Shown here one piece after another: positions 6,500 to 12,845 of a stretch of DNA of 14,505 nucleotides. The notes under the pieces are model-generated. The model was not told the DNA's origin. It was given only the letters and a program-made list of their open reading frames with translations, and did no database searches. Position 1 is the stretch's first letter, and each line of letters starts with the position of its first letter. This DNA comes from Candidatus Aenigmatarchaeota archaeon (lineage in GTDB: Archaea; Aenigmatarchaeota; Aenigmatarchaeia; Aenigmatarchaeales; JACQIB01): assembly GCA_043799675.1 (NCBI GenBank), contig JAZDNN010000002.1, forward strand, positions 1 through 14,505. The letters are read 5' to 3'. Made by a program: the position numbers and the translations under genes.

Positions 6500-9133
6500 G
6501 TGAACGGCAACTCCGTGAAGGGCCTGACGAACGAGGAGGCGAAGGCGCGGCTGAAGAAGTACGGCTTCAACGAGATAAGGGAGCTTTTTCACATATCGCC
6601 GCTCCGGATACTTCTGAAGCAGGTGAAAAAGAACTTCATTATATACCTGCTGCTCGGGGCGATGCTGATTTCGTTCCTTGTCGGCAAGGTCATAACCGCC
6701 TACACCATCATGGGGGTCATAACCCTCGTCATCCTTGTCGGTTTCATACAGGAATATCGGGCCGAAAGGGCCGTGAAGGCGCTGAAGGCGATGATGATGC
6801 CGGTTTCCGTCGTGATCAGGGACGGCCGTGAACAGGACATCCCTTCGAGGGAAATGGTCCCGGGTGACGTCATTGTCCTTAGGGCGGGCGAGAAGATTCC
6901 GGCGGACTGCGTCGTCCTGGAGGCAAAGGAGCTCAGGGTCAACGAAGCTATGCTGACGGGTGAATCGCATGAGGTGGAGAAGACCGCCGCACGGGATGCC
7001 GGAAGGCCGAGAAAGGAGAGCCTTGTTTTCATGGGGACGTTCATCGTCGGCGGCAGGTGCATGGCCAGGGTCCTCCACACAGGCATGAACACGGAATTCG
7101 GGAAGATAGCCGGAATGATTTCAACGGCGGAAAAGGAGCTTCCGTTGCAGGCCAAGGTGAACAGGATTGCGAAATTCATGGCAACGACCGCGATCATCGT
7201 CTCGGTCCTGACGGGCGTCGTGATGGTTGCCCGGAGCGCGACCTTCTCTTACGAGCTGCTCGTGGATGTCCTGATGGTCGTCATCGCCCTGTCCGTATCG
7301 GCCTTCCCGGAGGGCTTCCCGGTCGTCCTCATCACCACGCTGGCCTCGGGCGCGTACAGGATGGCAAGGAAGAACGCCATAGTGAACAGGATGTCCGTGA
7401 TAGAGACGCTCGGCGAGACCACTGTCATATGCACGGACAAGACGGGAACGGTGACGACGGGCGAGATGACCGTCAAAAGGCTGTTCGCGGACGGAAAGTT
7501 CTTCGATGTCACGGGCGCAGGCTTCAGCGCAAAAGGGGGCTTTTTCCGCGGCAGGAAGGGGGTGGACCTGAAGAAAGAATCTGTCCTGGGCCTGCTGCTG
7601 AAAGCGGCAATACTTTGCAACGATTCGCGGGTCGAAAAGAAGGGGACCGACAAAGAATACTGCGCGACAGGCAGCCCGACGGAAGCGGCATTGTTGATAA
7701 TGGCCGCAAAGGCGGGCATGTTCAGGGAGGACCTGAAGTTCTCCAGGATGCAGGAAATACCGTTCAGCTCCGAGCGGAAGATGATGTCCGTTCTCTGCAG
7801 GGAGAGGACGGAAAAATATGTCTACGCGAAGGGGGCCCCGGACATCCTGCTGGGAAAATGCAGGTTCATGCAAAAACAGGGCAGGGTAATCAGGCTTGAT
7901 GATGCCGAAAGAAAACGGATACTGGCGGTGAACGGCAGGCTGACATCGGACTGTTTCAGGGTCCTGGCACTGGCATACAGGAAAACGGGTTCGAAAAGGA
8001 GGGGCGGCCTTGAGGAATCGCTGGTGTTCCTGGGACTTGCGGCACTCGAGGACCCCCCGAGGGATGAGGTAAGGAGCTCCATAAGGATGTGCAGGACCGC
8101 GGGAATAAGGGTCAAGATGCTGACCGGTGACAGCAAGGAGACCGCGGTGGCGATAGGAAAGCAAGTGGGCCTTTCCGGAAAGGTCATGGACGGGGAGGAG
8201 CTGGACAAGATGACCGATGACGAGTTATCGAAGGCCGTTAACGACATCTCCTTCTTCGCGAGGGTGAGGCCGGAGCACAAGATAAGGATAGTCAGGGCAC
8301 TGAAGAAGAACGGTGAAATAGTCACCATGACGGGCGACGGCGTGAACGACGCCCCGGCGCTGAAGGAGGCCCATATCGGCGTCGCGATGGGCAAAGGCGG
8401 GACCGACGTGTCAAGGGAGGCGGCCGACCTTACGTTGAAGGATGACAACTTCGCCACCATCGTTTCCGCGGTAAGGGAGGGCAGGACCATTTTCAACAAC
8501 ATCCGGAAGTTCGTCACCTACCAGCTCTCGTGCAACTATGCGGAACTCATGATAATTTTCATAGGGGTACTGATAGGGCTGCCTTTGCCCCTGCTGGCGC
8601 TGCAGATACTCTTTATGAACCTTGTGACGGACGATTTGCCTGCGATTACGCTGGGCTTCAATCCGCCTTCCCGCGACGCGATGAGAGAGAAGCCGCGGAA
8701 GAAATCGGATATACTGGACCGGAACCTCATCGTTTTGCTGGCAATCGCCGGGATCATAATGGCATCGGCCACTCTGGGGGTTTTCCATTACACCCTGAAC
8801 GTCCTTGGCAAGGACCTGGCAACGGCGAGGACCACCGCCCTCGTGACCCTGATACTGTTCGAGATAGCGAACGCGTTCAACTTCAGGTCATTCAGGCATC
8901 CGGTATGCAGGCTGAATTTGTTCGCGAACAAGTACCTGATATACGCCTCGATTGCCTCAATCATGGCAACGGCCCTTGTGGTTTACACCCCGCTGAACGC
9001 GGTCTTCGGGACGGTTCCGATAAGTCCTTATTACTGGCTGTTGGCCGCGGGAGCGTCCCTGTCCGTGATTATCGCCTTTGATGTCCTGAAGGTATTGAAC
9101 AGGAAAAAGAGGTTCATGGCGGACCTTCTGTGA
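6500..9133 (+). CDS. P-type cation-transporting ATPase, type IIA (SERCA/PacL-like, probably Ca2+), 877 aa
   Basis: LTGES, TM4 PEGFP, DKTGT phosphorylation site, KGAP, TGD, GDGVNDAPALK; Ca-site-equivalent residues in SCNYAE, NLVTD and FEIAN; TATAAAAA at 6471-6478 before the GTG start. Confidence 0.95.
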   Translation: MNGNSVKGLTNEEAKARLKKYGFNEIRELFHISPLRILLKQVKKNFIIYLLLGAMLISFLVGKVITAYTIMGVITLVILVGFIQEYRAERAVKALKAMMMPVSVVIRDGREQDIPSREMVPGDVIVLRAGEKIPADCVVLEAKELRVNEAMLTGESHEVEKTAARDAGRPRKESLVFMGTFIVGGRCMARVLHTGMNTEFGKIAGMISTAEKELPLQAKVNRIAKFMATTAIIVSVLTGVVMVARSATFSYELLVDVLMVVIALSVSAFPEGFPVVLITTLASGAYRMARKNAIVNRMSVIETLGETTVICTDKTGTVTTGEMTVKRLFADGKFFDVTGAGFSAKGGFFRGRKGVDLKKESVLGLLLKAAILCNDSRVEKKGTDKEYCATGSPTEAALLIMAAKAGMFREDLKFSRMQEIPFSSERKMMSVLCRERTEKYVYAKGAPDILLGKCRFMQKQGRVIRLDDAERKRILAVNGRLTSDCFRVLALAYRKTGSKRRGGLEESLVFLGLAALEDPPRDEVRSSIRMCRTAGIRVKMLTGDSKETAVAIGKQVGLSGKVMDGEELDKMTDDELSKAVNDISFFARVRPEHKIRIVRALKKNGEIVTMTGDGVNDAPALKEAHIGVAMGKGGTDVSREAADLTLKDDNFATIVSAVREGRTIFNNIRKFVTYQLSCNYAELMIIFIGVLIGLPLPLLALQILFMNLVTDDLPAITLGFNPPSRDAMREKPRKKSDILDRNLIVLLAIAGIIMASATLGVFHYTLNVLGKDLATARTTALVTLILFEIANAFNFRSFRHPVCRLNLFANKYLIYASIASIMATALVVYTPLNAVFGTVPISPYYWLLAAGASLSVIIAFDVLKVLNRKKRFMADLL

Positions 9134-9137
9134 ATTT

Positions 9138-9635
9138 TTACTTCCCTTTTGAGAACTTGTAGACCCACAGCAGGAACAGCATGCCCAGCCACATTATGAC
9201 GAACACGGGGTTTATGTGTTCCTCCGGGAAGGCCAGATCGAGGACCATCTCCACTCCCGAGTAAATCACGTATACCAGGATGGTTACAACGAAGAACAGC
9301 GGGAACCGTTTCCATTCCGCCACCTTCCGCCCCCTGGAAAGGAGCGTGGTCATGGTCGTGCCGGTCATGCCGAACACAAGCGGCTCGAGGTACCAGAATA
9401 TCAGGAAAAGGACGCTCATGTTTATCATCTGTTTGACGTAGCCCCTGAAGAACATCATCGTCAGTATCAATGCCACGATGAACGCTATCCAGATGTACGT
9501 GAACACGTCGTGACCTATTTCGTTGCATTTTCTCCTCATTATGACCGTCGGATGGATGGGCTCTATCCGCTCCTCGCCCTTTTTTCTTACAATCGGCTCT
9601 GACACCTTCTTTTCCGCCGGTTTTGCCTTCGACAT
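9138..9635 (-). CDS. Hypothetical membrane protein (~165 aa, about 4 TM)
   Basis: ORF track gives 9138..9698 (TTG start); ATG 9635 (or 9641) preferred because a minus-strand TATAAAA begins at 9665. Confidence 0.7.
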   Translation of the reverse strand: MSKAKPAEKKVSEPIVRKKGEERIEPIHPTVIMRRKCNEIGHDVFTYIWIAFIVALILTMMFFRGYVKQMINMSVLFLIFWYLEPLVFGMTGTTMTTLLSRGRKVAEWKRFPLFFVVTILVYVIYSGVEMVLDLAFPEEHINPVFVIMWLGMLFLLWVYKFSKGK

Positions 9636-9731
9636 GGGCATATTGGAACTTGCCCGCCTTTTATACTTTCTGTCCGCAGCATTTCGCTTCCGTACCAATC
9701 ATCTTAAATCCCTTTCCCTGCAATGCTCATC

Positions 9732-10181
9732 ATGAAAGTTCTTCCTCGCTTATCTGAAATGTCGCCTTTGCAGGCGGTGTATGGCAACAGCACAAGGGAA
9801 CTTATAGTAGGACATCTCCTCGGCACCAAGGACGGCACGGATTTTTTCAGCAGAATTAAGGAGAAACTGGCTCTTCAGAACGGCTCCGCATCTTACCACC
9901 TGCGAGCGCTGGAAAAGATGGGCGTCCTGACATCCTATCCCAAGGACAACAGGAAATGGTACCGCCTGAAAAAATCCGGCGGCCCCGAGGATATAGAAGG
10001 CGACATTCTCTCGGTTGTCAACAAGCACGAAGACGGTCTCTGCGTCGGGGAGGTGGCACGGTTCGTGTTGGCGAGATATGGTACGGTCGCGAACCGCCTG
10101 CAGAAGCTTTCCGAAAACGGGGATATAGTTTACGACCGGCACGACCGGCGATATTATCCGGCTACGCGACACGATTCATAG
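9732..10181 (+). CDS. Transcriptional regulator with tandem winged-HTH domains (149 aa)
   Basis: FSRIKEKLALQNGSASYHLRALEKMGVL...RKWY and VGEVARFVLARYGTVANRLQKLSENGDIVY...RYY; TTAAAT at 9704-9709 favours ATG 9732 over 9723. Confidence 0.85.
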   Translation: MKVLPRLSEMSPLQAVYGNSTRELIVGHLLGTKDGTDFFSRIKEKLALQNGSASYHLRALEKMGVLTSYPKDNRKWYRLKKSGGPEDIEGDILSVVNKHEDGLCVGEVARFVLARYGTVANRLQKLSENGDIVYDRHDRRYYPATRHDS

Positions 10182-10250
10182 ATTCATCGCCCCATATTTA
10201 CGCTAAGCTAACTTCCGCTTTGACCTCTTAATTCAACACGCACAAACGCA

Positions 10251-10257
10251 TTTAAAG
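10251..10257 (+). promoter_or_regulatory. TATA box (TTTAAAG) of tRNA-His
   Basis: First T 28 nt upstream of G-1 (10279). Confidence 0.75.
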
Positions 10258-10278
10258 TGCCCGACCCGATTCTTGCAC

Positions 10279-10400
10279 GGCCGGGATAGTGAAGCGGTAT
10301 CATGCGGGCCTGTGGGCACTTTTTGTGCGATGCACAAAAACCTGCACTAAAAAGCGCCAGAAAGCCTAAGTCCCGAGTTCGAATCTCGGTCCCGGCCCCA
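10279..10400 (+). tRNA. trnH: tRNA-His(GTG) with encoded G-1, a 47-nt 37/38 intron (10316-10362) and encoded CCA
   Basis: G-1 at 10279; acceptor GCCGGGA/TCCCGGC, C73, CCA 10398-10400; anticodon arm CGGGC-CTGTGGA-GCCTA (C27-A43 mismatch); relaxed BHB helix CTGT/CCAG; T-arm CCGAG-TTCGAAT-CTCGG. Confidence 0.92.
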
Positions 10401-10405
10401 TTCAC

Positions 10406-10411
10406 TTTTTT
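10406..10411 (+). terminator. Oligo-T terminator after tRNA-His
   Basis: TTTTTT 5 nt after the CCA. Confidence 0.55.
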
Positions 10412-10451
10412 CCTATATTTGCTTTAAGTACCGGTTTTCCGTATCATCAGT

Positions 10452-10862
10452 ATGAAAGAAATCGTGTTTTACGCGCTGGTCGCCGTGCTGACCGCGCTGG
10501 AATGCAGCCTGATACTTGTCGGTATTTTGCCTCCGATGTCTTCCTATTCTACCAGTCAGCTGGTTCTCAACATTGCGAGCATAGCTGCAGTGATCTACAT
10601 GGGCTGGACGTTCACGAAGACCGGCATGAAGAAAGTCGCAATGAAGGGTGCCATCGCCGGTGGCATCATCGTCACCATCACCCTCCTGTCCGCAATTATC
10701 GGCATCAGCGCCGGAATACCCGTGCTCGGGATGGCAATCCAGCACGAAATGCTGCCTTTGGCATTCCTCTCGATAGCCGTTTCCAACGTCCTTCTGTTCA
10801 CGATATTTGCGGTCTTGGGGGCATTCCTTGCACGAAAGCTGCAGAAGAATGCCAAAAAGTAG
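10452..10862 (+). CDS. Hypothetical membrane protein (136 aa, about 4 TM)
   Basis: Four hydrophobic segments and a basic C-terminus; TTTAAGTA at 10423-10430. Confidence 0.8.
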   Translation: MKEIVFYALVAVLTALECSLILVGILPPMSSYSTSQLVLNIASIAAVIYMGWTFTKTGMKKVAMKGAIAGGIIVTITLLSAIIGISAGIPVLGMAIQHEMLPLAFLSIAVSNVLLFTIFAVLGAFLARKLQKNAKK

Positions 10863-10912
10863 CTTCTCCAGAAAACAATTGTTTTATATGTGAGTTTTTT
10901 CTTTCACCTAGA

Positions 10913-11077
10913 ATGCCCATGTCAACTATGATAGGTTCGGATGCCTATTACATCTGCACTCATTGCGGGAACGCCTTCAAGGACCCGAAGCTGGCGTTCG
11001 AATGCGAACAGTTCTGCATATCGCACCACAAGGCCAACCCTGAAATAACCGCCCGGGCCGCAAAATGCCCCTGCTGA
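10913..11077 (+). CDS. Cys4 zinc-finger microprotein 1 (54 aa; C-x2-C-x12-C-x3-C)
   Basis: MPMSTMIGSDAYYICTHCGNAFKDPKLAFECEQFCISHHKANPEITARAAKCPC; TTTTATAT at 10882-10889; it is the 3' part of track ORF 10502..11077. Confidence 0.8.
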   Translation: MPMSTMIGSDAYYICTHCGNAFKDPKLAFECEQFCISHHKANPEITARAAKCPC

Positions 11078-11111
11078 AAACGATTTATGTGACCTTTGCA
11101 TTAGTAATCGC

Positions 11112-11279
11112 ATGCCAAAAGCAAAGCTCTTCGGAACGAAGAACATCTGGGCCTGCAGAAAGTGCGGAATGGTGTATAAGGACATAGTGACCGCACAGGA
11201 TTGCGAGGATTTCTGCGAAAAGAACGGCAAACGCTCCGAAGTCATCGCCAAGAAGTCCTTCCAAGCCAACAGGATTTGA
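11112..11279 (+). CDS. Cys4 zinc-finger microprotein 2 (55 aa), paralog of the preceding gene
   Basis: MPKAKLFGTKNIWACRKCGMVYKDIVTAQDCEDFCEKNGKRSEVIAKKSFQANRI; same Cys spacing; TTTATGT at 11084-11090; absent from the ORF track. Confidence 0.8.
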   Translation: MPKAKLFGTKNIWACRKCGMVYKDIVTAQDCEDFCEKNGKRSEVIAKKSFQANRI

Positions 11280-11295
11280 ACCGCCCGACGGAATC

Positions 11296-11316
11296 TTTAT
11301 ATACTACTCAGTAGTA
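11296..11316 (+). promoter_or_regulatory. TATA box (TTTATATA) overlapped by the palindrome TACTACT-C-AGTAGTA, a candidate operator
   Basis: TATA at 11296-11303; perfect 7-1-7 inverted repeat at 11302-11316. Confidence 0.6.
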
Positions 11317-11334
11317 ACTATACCATAGATTGAC

Positions 11335-11886
11335 ATGTTTCAAAGCCTCAGCTACAAGGGCGACTGCGCAGCGATAAGAGCGCTTGTCGGTGACGAAAGG
11401 CCGGGACCCGTCGGTTGCGGCCGGACCTGCGGATTCAACGTTTATATCGGGGAAGACGGAGGGGCCGTTTCTGGCGACGGAGAAAAACATGAACCTGACA
11501 TGAAGGAATGTTTCATATATCGTACGGTTTATGATAAAATGAAGGAAAAATTCGGTGACGACATCATACCCAATAATATCGGTGTTGCATTCACCAACAG
11601 GTATGCCGCGATGAAGTTCTTCAGTACCGATGACGGGACCGTTGCCGGAATCAACGTATACAGGGACGATTCCAAGCAGCAGAAGATCGAGAGTTTCTGT
11701 GACGAAAAAAAGGAGGACGGAAAGCCCAGCGATCTCACGATAAAGTTCTCCGTGAAAGGGAATGCCGAAAATGCCGTCCTTGAGGAGCTGCGCCTGATAA
11801 TGGATGGCATAAAAGGGCTGAAATGCACGGAGGATACGGGGGACAGGACCGTCGGGCAGGCGGTGCTGGCAGCCTACGGGCAATAG
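11335..11886 (+). CDS. Hypothetical protein (183 aa)
   Basis: Long ORF with plausible composition downstream of a strong TATA; no family recognised. Confidence 0.7.
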   Translation: MFQSLSYKGDCAAIRALVGDERPGPVGCGRTCGFNVYIGEDGGAVSGDGEKHEPDMKECFIYRTVYDKMKEKFGDDIIPNNIGVAFTNRYAAMKFFSTDDGTVAGINVYRDDSKQQKIESFCDEKKEDGKPSDLTIKFSVKGNAENAVLEELRLIMDGIKGLKCTEDTGDRTVGQAVLAAYGQ

Positions 11887-11895
11887 GTGAAATCC

Positions 11896-12342
11896 ATGCG
11901 TGCAGTCTATCTTTTCAAAAACGAACCGGACATTTCGGCCATACGGAAGGAGCTCGACAGGACGTACGGACAGGACAATGCCTTCTTCGGGACGGTGAAC
12001 GGGCATCCTGTGAGTTTTGTCAGGAGCAGGATAGAATCGCCTTCGGCCGGTTTTTCGGTCACATATCAGATTGACGGCGTGATAGACGGCACCATAGCCG
12101 GATACTTCAACAATGTCCTCGAAGGCATGGGAGGCAAGGTCAGCCCCCAACCCCAGAAGCTGCCCTCGGACGGGATGGACATGGAGCGGCTTGAAAAGAA
12201 CGCCGGCACAGCCAACTGGAGGAAAGAAGAAAGACTGGCACGGGATATACTGGATGGCGGGGCAAAAGTCACAGACGTAACGGAAAGCCCCGACGAATTC
12301 AACGAAATCCCGATTCCGTACGTCATGCGCAGCAAGCTCTAG
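11896..12342 (+). CDS. Hypothetical protein (148 aa), second gene of a likely operon
   Basis: SD-like AGGTGA (11885-11890) 5 nt before ATG 11896; the track start GTG 11887 lies inside the SD. Confidence 0.7.
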   Translation: MRAVYLFKNEPDISAIRKELDRTYGQDNAFFGTVNGHPVSFVRSRIESPSAGFSVTYQIDGVIDGTIAGYFNNVLEGMGGKVSPQPQKLPSDGMDMERLEKNAGTANWRKEERLARDILDGGAKVTDVTESPDEFNEIPIPYVMRSKL

Positions 12343-12815
12343 CTTCCCAGGGCCTCGATTATGTCCGCCCGCGAAATGATTCCAACCAACTTGCCGTCTT
12401 TTGTGACCACCGGCAGTCTTTTCACCTTGTAATGCACCATCCTTGCCGCGGCAGCCTCAAGCCTCGCCTCCGGCTGGATGGTTATGACCCTTTTCTGCAT
12501 GAAATGCCGGACCCTGATCTTCCCGCTTCCGATGACGTCCTTTTTTATCACGTCAAACTCCTTTCCGCGCACGCCGTGTTTCAGGACCGCAAAAACCACC
12601 GCAAAGGCCTCGTCCGTGTCAAGGCGTATCTGGGGGTCATAGGCGTTGATCGCCTTTATCACGTCGCCTTCGGTGACCAGTCCGACCACCTTTCCCTTCT
12701 CCACCACGGGTGCGCCGGTTATCCTGTTCCTGGTGAGCCTTTCCAGGACCGTTTCCAGCGTATCTTCAGGCTTGAACGTGATGACCTTCTTTGTCATCGC
12801 TTCGCCCACTAGCAT
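12339..12815 (-). CDS. CBS-domain pair protein (158 aa)
   Basis: VGEAMTKKVITFKPED...ITGAPVVEKGKVVGLVTEGDV and VRHFMQKRVITIQPE...VKRLPVVTKDGKLVGIISRADII; minus-strand TTTTATT at 12843-12837. Confidence 0.93.
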   Translation of the reverse strand: MLVGEAMTKKVITFKPEDTLETVLERLTRNRITGAPVVEKGKVVGLVTEGDVIKAINAYDPQIRLDTDEAFAVVFAVLKHGVRGKEFDVIKKDVIGSGKIRVRHFMQKRVITIQPEARLEAAAARMVHYKVKRLPVVTKDGKLVGIISRADIIEALGS

Positions 12816-12845
12816 GGAAGAAAGTAGGCAGGCCGCAATAAAAGC

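Noticed and set aside
110..10405. Track ORFs overlapping tRNAs (110..307, 180..389, 5037..5387, 5332..5556, 6370..6570, 6391..6831, 10208..10405)
   Set aside because: They overlap well-supported tRNA genes and show no protein-like features
244..12342. Genome-wide TAG recoding: TAG-ended ORFs 541-1839 and 11335-11886 are each in frame with the next ORF
   Set aside because: The downstream ORFs have their own initiation signals (TATA 534-529; SD 11885-11890), the long conserved genes contain no internal TAG, and TAG ends the CBS protein at its natural C-terminus in a convergent CTAG overlap
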